NCBI RefSeq assembly: GCF_004010195.1
Contig: NC_057751.1
Location: 3,425,907 to 3,487,906 of the forward strand
Direction: 5' to 3'
Source: Chiloscyllium plagiosum
Taxonomy: Eukaryota
Length of the DNA: 62,000 nt
Shown here: positions 27,175 through 38,859 of the stretch, piece by piece
Numbering within the stretch: the first letter of the stretch is position 1
Layout: the number at the start of each line of letters is the position of its first letter
The notes under the pieces: generated by a model
The model's input: only the letters and a program-made list of their open reading frames with translations
Databases searched by the model: none
Told to the model about the DNA's origin: nothing
Made by a program: the position numbers and the translations under genes

Positions 27175-28149
27175 CTCAGAAGACAACAGGGCAGAGAGAT
27201 GAGAGATTGCTGATGGTCACAGCTCCCAAGTATCACTGGGTCCAAGGATGGATGTCAGATGTTTGAGTTGCTGGGCAGAATTGGGAATAGTTAAGAGAAG
27301 CAGAATTAACACACCTGCCCTCCTGTATATTTTTTAATTCATTCAACAGGACGAGGGAATCGCTGGCTATGCCAGCATTTATTGCCCATTTCTAATTGCC
27401 CAAAGGATAGTTAAGAGTCAACCACATTGCTCTGGGTCTGGAGTCAGTTTTTGGCCAGACCAGGTGAAGATGGCAGTTTCCTTGCCTCAAGGGCACTAAT
27501 GATCCAGAGATCTTGCGAGAATTGAGATTGGTTCCATGGTCATCATTACAATCTTAATTCCAGGGCTTTATTGAATTCACATTCCACCATCTGCTGTGAC
27601 AGGATTTGAACCTGGGTCCCCAGAACATGACCTGGGTCCCTGGATTGTCAGTGCAGTGATAATACCACTAGCTTACCCCTACGTCCTGTGCCACTGTGAC
27701 TTGTCTTTCTGTGCAGCCCGTTAGAACCCAGCATCTGCGGGGTAAATGGACTGACGGCATGGTCACACGTGAGCACTTCCTCCATGAGCACAAATTGAAA
27801 TGGTTGCTAGGGTGGAAGCACTGGGACCCTTGACCTCTGTAAGGAGAGAAGAGAAAACTTAAAGTCGTGGGGAGCAGAATTTAAGTAGATCTGCCTTGAC
27901 AGTTTGTGCTAAAACAAGCAAAGGATCTAATTAGTCAAAGTAACATGACACTGTTGACATACTTGATGTGGACTGCCCTGAAACAGTGACCCAGTGTGTT
28001 TGGCAGTCGATAGATATTGCACTGTTGATTGCTTGGAATGCAATGTCTTACTGTGTGTCAGCTTGGAGAAAACCCCACATCACAAACAAATAGCACTGAA
28101 TTCATTAAACAGCTGCAGAGCTCCGACGAGACGTCATCCAACTCTTAAC

Positions 28150-28290
28150 CTGAGCTTGTCTCAAGTTCAGGGGTGCGTGAATTGTTCACTGCAGTCCTGA
28201 GCTCCACACATCACATTGAAAGTCGAGCTGAACTCGACATCTGAACTTGTGTCACAGCTCTTTCTGAGGTACACTGGAGTTGCAACGAAT
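28150..28290 (-). pseudogene. Antisense gene exon (141 bp, decayed)
   Basis: caattag|...CAG|gttaag; IRCNSSVPQKEL*HKFRCRVQLDFQCDV/ELRTAVNNSRTPELETSS; a candidate 35-bp exon GHESKVFEFRV near 30603-30638 would precede it in phase 0. Confidence 0.5.
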
Positions 28291-28859
28291 CTAATTGTGG
28301 TGATGAATGCAGTGGTCTGTTTCTCAGCTTCCTCTGAATGTGCCACTTATACTGTTCCTCATGCTGTCAAAGCACTGATGAGTTCTCTTTAATCCTTAGC
28401 TGCACTGCCAGCACTCAGACTTCATTTAAATGAGATTAGATTGATGGCATATTTCTCTTCAAGAAGCATTCCCTGGCTCATTTAATCCATGATGTTTCCA
28501 TGATGCGTAGCGTGTTAACATATCAAGACTCAGTGTGACAGAATGCTTGGATACGGTCTCCTATCTGCAACTCTTCATCCCACTGCTCGGGAGGAGTTTG
28601 TCCTAGAATGTCAATATTCAGCAACAAGCTGTTCATCTTTCTCCGGCACGACCAGGAGCTGATACATCGAATGAATTAGTTACACTTGTGCCTCATGAAT
28701 TCACGTTTCACACCAATTTTATTCAAACCTCATTTACAGTGCAAACTTGCCATGCTGCTGGTGACAATAGCGGCTTTTCACCTGTGTGGGGTTTTTGCTT
28801 CGACCCAAATTTTCAAAGGTAAATAATTATTTAATCAAAATCACTTGTGTTGCATATTT

Positions 28860-29420
28860 AAAGAAGTGCTATTGGATGATGTGTATTGCATGAAGAAAGG
28901 GTTGGCTAACTAAAACAAGACAGAGAGTTGGCAGAAGCGGAGCTTTTTCCGGATGGCAGTCTGTAACCAGTGGATCAGTGCTGGGGCAACTATCACTTAC
29001 AACCGAGATTCAGAAAGTGAATGTCGCCAACTTTGTAGATGACACAAAGATCAGTGGGAAGGCATGTGGGGAGGATGACTCAGTCTGTAGAGGGATATAG
29101 ACAGGTTAAGTGAGTGGGCAAAAACTTGGCAGATCGAATACAATGTGGGAAAATATGAGGTTATGCACTTTGGCAGGACGAGTATCGGAGCTGAATATTA
29201 TTTACATGGAGAAAGACTGTAGGATGCTTTGGCACTGAGGGATTTGGGAGTCCTTGTCCATGAATCACAGAAAGTGAGCATCCAAGTTCAGCAGGTCATA
29301 GGGAAGATCAATGGAATGTTAACTTTTATTTGAAATAAAAGTGGAGTGTAAAAATAGTGATGTCTGGCCAAAATCACACGAGGCACGTGAGAGATCCCAC
29401 TGAGAATACTATCTGCAGTG
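28860..29420 (+). mobile_element. Degraded CR1 fragment
   Basis: FVDDTK and EWAKTWQIEYNVGK remnants. Confidence 0.8.
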
Positions 29421-30214
29421 ATCTCAACACTTGGCTTTGACTGACAGACTGTGTTTCTAGCAGATTTTGCATCCTGTTCCCCCCCCTCACCGTCCCAGCA
29501 CTGACCATCACATCCTATCACTTCCTGCTCTCACCATACTCAACAATCGTCTTCTCCCTTCCTCTCCCTCCTACTCTCCACCTATCAGTGAGTGGGACAA
29601 CAGTGATGAGGCCATTTAATGTGTTGTCCGTCCACCTCTCCTTCACTTCTGTCTCATCAATAGATTGAGTTCAGAAGACAACCGGCAACTAGCACATTTA
29701 TCTGAAAACACTGTCTGAATGAGCGCTAACCATTCACAAGTGCTCTCTTTGTCCTGACATCACTTTTTTGAAAAAACCCTTTCTATAGCCACCCACTTCA
29801 TCTCAGCTCTCACAGTGAGCCCATATCAACTTCAATCCTTAACAGGGCTTGTGTATTCCTCATCTTTTCTTCCAAAAATTGTTCTTGGGATGTGGAGGTC
29901 ACTGAAACTTAACTGGTCTGATAGCATGTGTTCTAAAGAAAGGCCACCAGACCTGAAACGTAAACTCTGCTTTCTCTCCACAGATGCTGCCAGACCTGGT
30001 GAGTTTCTCCAGCAATTTCTGTTTGTCTTTCAGACCTCCAGCACCTGCAGTTCTTTGTTTTATCTCAGAGAGTTGTAACATTTTGACTGGTCTGCTCTTA
30101 AAGTGCAAGGCTTGAAATGGGAAAATTCTTTACTAAAATGTTGACATTGTTCTCACAGTTAAAATGATCAAGGTTTGGATTCAGTGAAGTTCGAGAGCAA
30201 GACACAGGGTGCAC

Positions 30215-30525
30215 TGGCACGATGGCTCAGTGGTTAGCACTGCTGCCTCACAGCGCCAGAGACCCACGTTTGGTTCCAGCCTCAGGCCAGCATCTGTGTG
30301 GAGTTGGCACATTCTCCCTGTGTCTGCGGGGGTTTCTTCCCACAGTCCAAAGATCTACAGATTAGGTGGATTAGTCATGCCACATTGCCCATAGTGTGCA
30401 GGGATGTGCAGGGTAGGTGGGTTAACTGTAGTAAATGTGCGATTATGGCAAAAGGGTGCATGCTCTTTGGAGGTTCGGTCTTGGCTCGATGGGCCGAATG
30501 GCCTCTATTTCCATTGTAGGGATAC
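30215..30525 (+). mobile_element. HE1-like SINE
   Basis: ggctcagtggttagcactgctgcctcacagcgccag head. Confidence 0.88.
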
Positions 30526-30879
30526 TGTGACTGTGATTTGCTGTACATCTCTGTGTAGGAATAATATACAGCTCATATTTCATGTCAGTTCTAACACAGT
30601 GGTACCACTCTGAACTCAAACACTTTGGATTCATGTCCAACTGCCGACATGGGAATGTACAAACAGGAGTACGCCATTCAGGCCCTCCAACCTGCTCTGC
30701 CATATTTGATTAGAACAGACCATCTACCTCAATACCAATTTCCTGCCCTGTCCCCTTCTTCCTTCATGTCATTTGCATTTAGAAATGTATCAGCCGTGAA
30801 CTTGGCTAATGACTGAGCTTCCACAGCCCCTTGTAGGATGGAATCCCAAAGTGAAGAAATTCTTCCTCCTCCCTGCCAT

Positions 30880-31530
30880 CAGTGACTTGAGCACACCGTT
30901 GGCATTGACACTCCAATGCAGTGCTGAGGAAGTGCTGCACTTTTGAGGATGCCACTGTCTATCCTGTAAGGTGGCTCAGAAAGCTCTCGAGACAATATTT
31001 GAAGAAGAGCAAATGCATTCTCCCCAGGTGCCACAAGACCATAAGAAATCAGAACAGGAAGTAGGTGTTGAGCCTGCTCCTCTATTCAATAAGATCATGG
31101 CTCATCCGACATCCCTCATGTCCACTTGCCTGCATTGTTCCCATAACCCTCGCTTCCCCAACTGATCTAGAATCAATTTATCTCAGCCTTCAATAGACAC
31201 AAGGACTCTGCCTCCACAACACTCTGTGACATGAAGTCCCAGTGACTCTCAACTCTCTGAGAGAAGAAATTCCTCCCCATCTCAGTCTGAAATTGGTTCC
31301 CCTTTGTTCTGACACTCTGCCCTCTTGGCACTAGATTCTCCCATGAAGGGAAATATTCTCTCAGCATTTATGCTCTCAATATGTTTTAATGAGTATTGTT
31401 TAAAGAGATGAATGAGTCATTGCCACACTGCTGTTGGTGGAAGCATGCTGTGTGGATTTTGAATACTGTGTTTCTGTATTTCCAGAGTACTTAATTGTTG
31501 CAAGGCAACCCTGTGAAAAGTGTGATCGGT
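30880..31530. mobile_element. Deu-SINE (+) split by a CR1 3' end (-, about 31040-31380)
   Basis: gacactccaatgcagtgctgaggaagtgctgcac core; FFSQRVESHW on the minus strand. Confidence 0.65.
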
Positions 31531-31575
31531 AAATACAAGCCTTTCTGAGTTGCATCTACCCTTGCTTCAGTTTTT

Positions 31576-31872
31576 AGATTAGATTAGATTCCCTACAGGG
31601 TGGAAACACGCCCTTTGGCCCAACAAGTCCACACCAACCCTCCGAAGAGTAACCCACCCAGTCCCATTTCCCTCTGATTAATGCATCTAACACTATGGAC
31701 AATTTCCCATGGCCAATTCACCTGGCCTGCACGTCTTTGGACTGTGGGAGGAAACCCACGCAGACACAGGGAGAACATGCAAACTCCACACAGAGTTGCC
31801 CGAGGCTGGAATTGAACCTGGGACCCTGGTGCTGTGAGGCAGCAGTGCTAACCACTGAGCCACCGTGCCGCC
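31576..31872 (-). mobile_element. Near full-length HE1-like SINE
   Basis: gggcggcacggtggctcagtggttagcactgc head and an (aatct)n tail. Confidence 0.93.
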
Positions 31873-32019
31873 CAGTTGTCTTTGTTTTCTTCCTCCCCAC
31901 AGCAAGGCAATCCATGCTTCAAGTGACTGGTGTTTGCTCTCGTTGACCTGGTATCATGCAGACCTAAGCCCACCGTAACGACAATACTTGACTAAATCTC
32001 AGAAATCTTATCATGCCAT

Positions 32020-32750
32020 GAAGTGATTTGGCCCATCATGTCTGAACTAAGTCTCTGAGTGTTTTATGTCAGTGCCAATCTCCTGGCTTTTTCCCAAACC
32101 CTACATATTGTCTCAATTGTAAATTACCATCCAATGCCCTCTTGAATGCCTCAATTGAACCTGTCTCCTCAACCTTTCCAGGTCATACATTCCATTCCCT
32201 AACAACTCGCTGTGTGAGAATGTGTTTTCTCACCTTGCGTTTGCTTCTCTTACAAAATATTTCAAATATGTGTCCTCTTGTTCTTGATTCTTTTACAAGT
32301 GGGAACCATTTATCCCTCTTTTTGTCCGTACTCTGAAGTATTTGAATATGAGCCAATCTCCTCTCAGCTTTCTTTTGATCCAAAGAAAACAGTCCCAAAT
32401 TTTCCAATCTCTCATCAGTGGGACCACTCTTGTTAGCCTCTTCTGTACTGTCCCCACTGGGCAAAAGTGAGGACTGCAGATGTTCGAGATCAGAGTCAAA
32501 ACATGCAGCGCTGAAAAAGCCCAGCTGGTCAGGCAGCATCCGAGGAGCAGGAGTGTTGACGTTTTGTTAATAAGCCCTTCATCAGGAAAAGCTCAACATG
32601 TCAACTCACCTGCACCTTGGATGCTGCCTGACTGGCTGGGCTTTTCCAGCACTGCACTGTTTGACTCTGTCTATTGCGCTCACAATCCTTCCAATAGTGT
32701 GGTGCACAGCGCTGTGGAAACTGATCAAACAGGTCTACAACTATCTTAGA
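32020..32750 (-). mobile_element. Old CR1 3' end with a Penelope hairpin inserted at about 32460-32670
   Basis: LTQRVVREWNV; inverted arms around cccttcatcagg. Confidence 0.75.
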
Positions 32751-33138
32751 CCCACTCAGTGTGACCTCATTGCTGTTGCACTCTGTATAGTGGTCTGTCA
32801 GTGGAGGATTCGGTATTGGGCATGTTTTTTCATACACAGGATATGAGTGTCACTGGCCGAGCATATATTGCCCAGCCCTCATTGTCCAGAGGACAGTTAA
32901 TCATCAGGTCTGCGCTCAGAGTGGGTACGCTCAGCAGATTTCATTCTCTGAAGAGCATTTACAAATCAGGCAGGTTTTTATAACAACTGACAATAGTTTC
33001 ATGACTGCCATTGGGCCAAGTTTCCATTGAAATCAAATTCATGTCCCGTGGTGGGATTCAAACCTATTTCCCGAGAAGGTGAACCTCTGAGCTACTGAAT
33101 GACTAACCTATTCACATCAGCATTACGCCAGCATTTAC

Positions 33139-33391
33139 TCGCGAGAGAAATAAGGGGAGTCTCTGCGATAGCTTTTCCTGTTGGAGGTTACGTTCAATGT
33201 GCTGGATGAATACTTGCGTATTGGGGAGCTCAAACATGTGTGCCTGTAGTCCCCTTAGAGCATGTTCTGACCGTGCTAAAATATTGGTCATTTACGTCCA
33301 CCATTCCTCCAACAAAAGTAAGCATGATAAACACATTCTTCGTGCTATGCTGAAATCAAACCATCTTGCAGCAGAGCTTGACCCACTCTGT
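33139..33391 (-). pseudogene. Antisense gene exon (one TGA, one frameshift; an internal alternative donor would end the exon at 33296)
   Basis: ccttctcctttaccctgtcacag|; TEWVKLCCKMV*FQHSTKNVFIMLTFVGGMVDVNDQYFSTVR/HALRGLQAHMFELPNTQVFIQHIERNLQQEKLSQRLPLFLSR. Confidence 0.65.
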
Positions 33392-33966
33392 CTGTGACAG
33401 GGTAAAGGAGAAGGCTGGACCATTTGTCCCATTCTGCCTGCACTTAATTTTCCCTTCTTCAAGAAAATGTATACACACACTCTTCAAAAAGTGACTGTGG
33501 ATTCTGCTTCTGTCACGTGTCTGAAAAATCTCTGCAAACCTCTCCCTTTGTTTTTCTGATGACGAGATTGCGTTTGAACTCTCTGGTGGCTGGTTGATGG
33601 GTAAGCTTTCACCTCATTTAACTTCCAAAACCCCTGGTTGTTTGCAGTGGAATTGATTAAACCGCAGCTCTCTGTGGTTTAATATTCCACCATTGAGTTC
33701 TGAGGAATTGTTGAATGGATGCAAGATTGGGATTTATTTTGTAAGTTTGGAAAAATCTGTTTGTGGGAGGTTCTGTGCAGTGAACCAGTCAGCCGGACTG
33801 CCATCCTAATGAGACTGATGTCTGATTTGCTGGCTTTCTTGTTATGTTTGCCTGCAATATTTCTCTTGTCAGTCAGAACAGGTTGTTGCCCTCGTATTAG
33901 AACGTTAACATTTACCACCACCAAACTGAGTCGATTCTGCGGTGATTGCAGGATTCTCGATTTCAC

Positions 33967-34055
33967 CTGGAATCTGTACTCTGCATTGACAACACGGTGA
34001 GATCCCTGCAGCTGCGCATGAACCAGCCCCTCATTGGGGTGTTGCCTTGGCTGAC
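33967..34055 (-). pseudogene. Antisense gene exon (89 bp)
   Basis: ctgaccttcctttgctccag|...CAG|gtgaaa; phase-1 frame QPRQHPNEGLVHAQLQGSHRVVNAEYRFQ. Confidence 0.72.
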
Positions 34056-34711
34056 CTGGAGCAAAGGAAGGTCAGCAGCTAGGTACTGTGGAGCAGAAAA
34101 TGGGGGTGCTTGTGGATAAATGACAGAAAATAATTCCAAAGGCTGGTGCAAGATAAACTTTTACCTGAACAGGGGTTGAGCAGATTCTGAATTCATTATT
34201 TGCTCCCTTTGACATGAGGCATGCTGGGCCTTTGTACAAGGCTCATGAGTCACATGCAAACCAGGAATGAGTGATCCAACTGGGCTTTTTTTTAATGACT
34301 CTCGGTACCACAGCACTAGTAAAGAAGAATGTCATTGCCGATTGTACTGAATTCAGATTTCACCATCTCCCACAGTGGGATTCAAATCCATATCCCCAAG
34401 ACTTTGGATGAGCAGGCCAATGACATTCCCACTCTGTCACCACCTTCCCCGGTTGGAGGGCTCGCAGTTTCCAAAAGCTTGCTTCAGGTTCACTCAGAGC
34501 TCTGAGTTTAATTCAGCTAACCTCCAGCGAAAATAGGCCGCATTTGGCCAAGGTGTTGTTCAGGTGGAGGCTGCTGTATTCCAGAGGGGTCAGTGAATCT
34601 ACAGGAGGGTCGAAGGTGTTTCAAGCTGTTGACATGGGGAATCAGCAGAGACATTCCTGCTAGTGGGAGAGGCCTGAACAAGAGGATGGAGCTGGGCTGA
34701 TCAGGAGAAAT

Positions 34712-34785
34712 CCCGAAACGTCGATTCTCCTGTTCCCTGGATGCTGCCTGACCTGCTGCGCTTTTCCAGCAACACATTTCCAGCT
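34712..34785 (+). mobile_element. Single-arm Penelope terminal fragment with a 15-bp TSD
   Basis: ctgatcaggagaaat at 34697-34711 and 34786-34800. Confidence 0.85.
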
Positions 34786-35252
34786 CTGATCAGGAGAAAT
34801 GCCAAGCAAGTGCTGGAGCAATGTGGATCTCCATCTCAATCTCTCTCACTCTCTCTCTCACTGTGTCTCTCTCTCTGTCTATCTCTCTCACTGTCTCATT
34901 CGCTCTCTCTCCCCTCCTGCTGCCTTCCCCTCTCACCTCCCCCCAAAAGAAAGGGTATGGTACAAGGTCCACTGAAAATGTCAGAACTGAAGGATTTTTA
35001 TTCCAACATGGTAAAGATGGAAGCAGGTGGGTGGATGAAGTTGAGATACAAATCAGCCTTTGGCTCAACTCAGTGGTGGCATGGTCTTCAGAGCCTGAAT
35101 GGCCTCCTGCTGTTCCTTCTGCTGTTATTTTGTGGCTCAGTTTGAAGAGTGATTCTATTCCCATAAGATTTGCCACCTTGTGATTTTGCACCTTGACCCG
35201 GTTGTGTTTTGCTTACTCCCTTGCAAGGCTGAAACACTGCTGTGGTGTTTAC

Positions 35253-35352
35253 CTGTAGCTGACACCCAGCACTGCTGCTGGGGTTTGCCCACTGCCTTCT
35301 GGTGTATCCGATACAGAAATAACTCCGACTGAAACAGTTCTCAGCCACCCAC
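35253..35352 (-). pseudogene. Antisense gene exon (100 bp)
   Basis: tttacag|...CAG|gtaaac; GWLRTVSVGVISVSDTPEGSGQTPAAVLGVSY. Confidence 0.62.
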
Positions 35353-35599
35353 CTGTAAACCTCCCACCTCTTTTCACGGTCAAATGCAGGGAATGGAAAT
35401 GCCAGCTGTTCTCATCACGGCTCTGTGACAGAGGCTTCACCAGAGGACTTATTCGAGGTAGTCTCTTGTTTTGCCTGGTCACTGACAATGTCAGGTCACT
35501 GGGTCGCTTTGAGAAACAGTGGGCTCTGGGGTAATTAATCGACAGAGCATGAGGACTGAATAGTTAATAAGGCATGTGGGACACTTGTTTTCATCAGAC

Positions 35600-36995
35600 G
35601 TGGCAGAGAGCATAAGGAGGTCATGTTGGCATTGTACAAAGTGTTGGTGAGGCCACAGCTGGAGTACTGTGTGCAGTTCTAGTCACCTCACTACAGGAAG
35701 GATGTGACAGCACTGGAGGGGATTCACTAGACTCGTTCCTGGGATGGAGACACTGAGCTGTAAGGAGAAACTAGATGGGCTGTGATTGTTTTCTTGAGAG
35801 CAGAGAAGACTGATGGGGAGGATGGGGATGGTGAGGACATGATTGAGGTCTACACGATTATGAGGGGCATTACAGGGTGGATATTGTTATGACATGGGGT
35901 TGAACCCCTCTGTTAATTAAACCAAGTACACAGAAAAGCTCACCTCACCTCGTAATCTGTTCAAATATGAGTGACAGAGAGCTCCCAAATTCCACTATTT
36001 CAAGAAAATAACTGATTCATTTCTTAACTCTAAAAGGGAACATTAAACAACTGTTCACAACTCTAAACTCCCCTTTCTCTTAACTGCTTACTATATCTGC
36101 CTGCAACTCGAAAACAATATACTTTTCCAGTAAGACACTTATTAAAATTACATCAACTTAATTTCAAAACCACACAGTCCGTGACTTCTTCTGTGTCTTC
36201 ACTCTTCCAGCTGAAGATCTCCCTGGGTCATCTTCTTTCTTGTTATTGTGAGTGTGTTTCACATGAAAAGGTACCTGTGATAGAGAGTGTTTCCTAATTT
36301 CTTTGAGAGCAAGATGTTAATTCTCTCGGAGTTTCTCTCTCGATGGCAGTTGCTCTCTGACCAATTTTCAAAATGTCCACATTCTTATACCCCTGACATC
36401 AGATTGTCTTATTGGTTTGACGTTGGCAAAACAATAAATTCAAACTCGATTAGCTTTTAGTATCCCTGGGGCATAATTTAAACCGATTGGTTAAATTCAA
36501 ATTGTTGTCAAAGCAGCAACCAAACCTCAGGTATCCATTTCACAGCCAAATGTTACATCTTTTCAACTTTCCAGTACATTCTGGGATTGCTATCTCATTC
36601 ACATACACAGAGGCTTGTAATCTCTCAGTTCTGAATAGCATTCACACTCTCTTAAAGGTAAGTACAGCCTCCAACTTCATAACAGCAGAGAAGCGGCTGT
36701 TCCCCTTGGTTGAGGGGTCAGTCATGAGGGGGTGATGTTTTACGGTGACAGGAAGGAGATTCAGAGAGGATTTGGGAAAAAGCTTTTTCACTCGGTGGGT
36801 GCTGGGAATCTGGAATACATTGCTTGGGAAGGTAGTGGAGGCTGGAGACCTTAGAGCCTTTAAACAATATTTGAATGACCATAGTATAATTCAAGGACAT
36901 GGGAGGGCAGGAAATTGTGATTAGCGCGCCTTCATGGTAGTTAGGTCAGTGCAGACTCAGTGGGCTGAAGGGTCTTTTCTGCACTGTATGAATCT
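35600..36995 (+). mobile_element. CR1 3' fragment interrupted by a solo LTR
   Basis: LYKVLVRPQLEYCVQF, continuing after 36684. Confidence 0.85.
35885..36684. mobile_element. Solo LTR (800 bp)
   Basis: TGTTATGA...TCATAACA perfect 8-bp inverted termini; splits a CR1; no clear TSD. Confidence 0.78.
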
Positions 36996-38010
36996 TTGTT
37001 ATTTTTGCACTCAGAGGAACTTGATCATTAATGTCCTCTATCTCTAATCCTCTCCACTCTCACAGTAAAAACAAGGAAACAGATAGGAAATATTTCTTGA
37101 ACCAGTTTGGAAATATAAGTGTAAGGGAATTAATTCTGGAGTTGTTGATCCATGGAATGAATTTTAATCTGATGAGGCAGCAATGTTTGCTGTGTATTCA
37201 CTACACTTATTTTCCCATACCTCTCTGTGAAACTGTGTCGAAATATATGAGTTGTTCAGGATGATTGAGTTGAGAAAAAATCGAAGCCCAGCTGGAGGGA
37301 GGGAGGGAGCATCACTGACAGGGCTTTTCTTAAAGATGTGATGAGGATACTTGATGCATTCCTGGATGTGGGGGCTGCTTTGGGTGAAGTTCACACCAGC
37401 ATTACTCACTGCAGCCCACACTGCTATTAGTCGGGAGCTGAGCTGAGCACTGTAATTGTGTGGGATGAAGGTGTTTGACCCAGATTTTGTGAGAGGTAGG
37501 CTTGGTTCACGCTGAAAAGATTTGGCTGCGTGGTCGGGGTGTGGACTGGTGTGAGAAATAGCATTGCACGATTTTTCAAATGTTTCCCAGCATCTGTTAC
37601 TGATGGAGGAAAGGTGAAACCATTGCACCGAATCACAGTGGCTGTTGCCTGAAGATATCCTTGCTATGTGCACAGATGCTGTTCCAATTGGAATGTCATA
37701 AGCATTTCAAAGGCAGCAATGTTTTTGCCTGTTGACATTGCTCACTGAAAAAGGAAGGTAACCTGTGACAGATTGATTTAACACCTTGCCCTGTATGTCC
37801 AGGATGGGGAAATGTGGAGCAAATCTGTGACATTTTATGTCTCTGCCGTCTCCCTGCTGTTGAGTGGGGAAAGCTGTCTTCACTGACCTCACCATCAAGA
37901 GGGAAAGAAGAGGAACTCCAAGCACCCAGTGGCATTGTGACTGCTCAGCACTTTAAAACAACCACAGCTGGGGTCAGAGACAGGGAATGGGTCAAGGAAC
38001 CTTTACTCAC

Positions 38011-38101
38011 CTGTATCCGCACACACACACGCCAATGGGGAAACAACATGCTTGATCAACTGGTTGGGTATTGCCAGTTGATTGAGGAACAGACTGACAA
38101 C
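38011..38101 (-). pseudogene. Antisense gene exon, ZU5-like (91 bp)
   Basis: tttgtgttccag|...CAG|gtgagt (both strong); VVSLFLNQLAIPNQLIKHVVSPLACVCADT. Confidence 0.78.
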
Positions 38102-38650
38102 CTGGAACACAAATTGCCAATTCAGCAAATGCTGACACGAAAATTGTGATGTCGGTCTAATATCTGAGAGTGTAGATGGAGGTGAAATGTGTGATGGAAA
38201 TTAAAACAAAACTTGCTGGAAAAGCTCAGCAGGTCTGGCAGAATCTCTGAAGAGAATTCGAAGTTTTGGGTCAGGTGACCCTTCCTCAGATCGTCATGGC
38301 AATGTCTTTAGAGTTTTTTTTCAGACAGTGAAGATGGGATGTTGGACTCTGTTGCTGATTTCACTCATTTGGAATTAGAAAAAGGAATTCTGCAAGAGTG
38401 GCATCTTTGCAAATGCTATGATGAATAATCAAAAACAAATTTCATCATCTGGCAGGTTTTGGGTGCTATTTACTTTTGAATTCTTGTGGCTGCAAGTTTT
38501 ATTGGGAGGGAACTTAATTATTTCACAGATCCAATATTTCAGACTTGACAATATTTTTCAGGCAATATGTTGTTGAGTAACATCCCAAGACAAAAAAAAA
38601 ATTATCTGGTGATGATTTGTTTGATCACTGCAGTTTGCAGCATCCTCTAC

Positions 38651-38785
38651 CTGCACCTTAACGTGAGCATGAGATATCTCTGGAAATGAACATGTTATGC
38701 ACCTCACAGGTTACTTCAGAACGTCAACCAAGTGAGGCCATGCCTGGAAATTTCAGAGGTTAAGTTTAGATTTGTCATCCCAGGT
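38651..38785 (-). pseudogene. Antisense gene exon, ZU5-like N-part (135 bp, two stops)
   Basis: ctcccacag|...CAG|gtagag; ends CITCSFPEISHAHVKVQ. Confidence 0.6.
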
Positions 38786-38859
38786 CTGTGGGAGTTGGTT
38801 ATCTCCCCAGTGGGGCAGTCATTGTCCGTCCCTAGTCTCGCCATTGTCTAACTCCACCA

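Noticed and set aside
30215..30290. tRNA gene
   Set aside because: tRNA-derived HE1 SINE head followed by SINE body; the same applies to the other copies
34741..35191. Overlapping 120-134-aa ORFs
   Set aside because: Produced by a (TC)n microsatellite plus TE fragments
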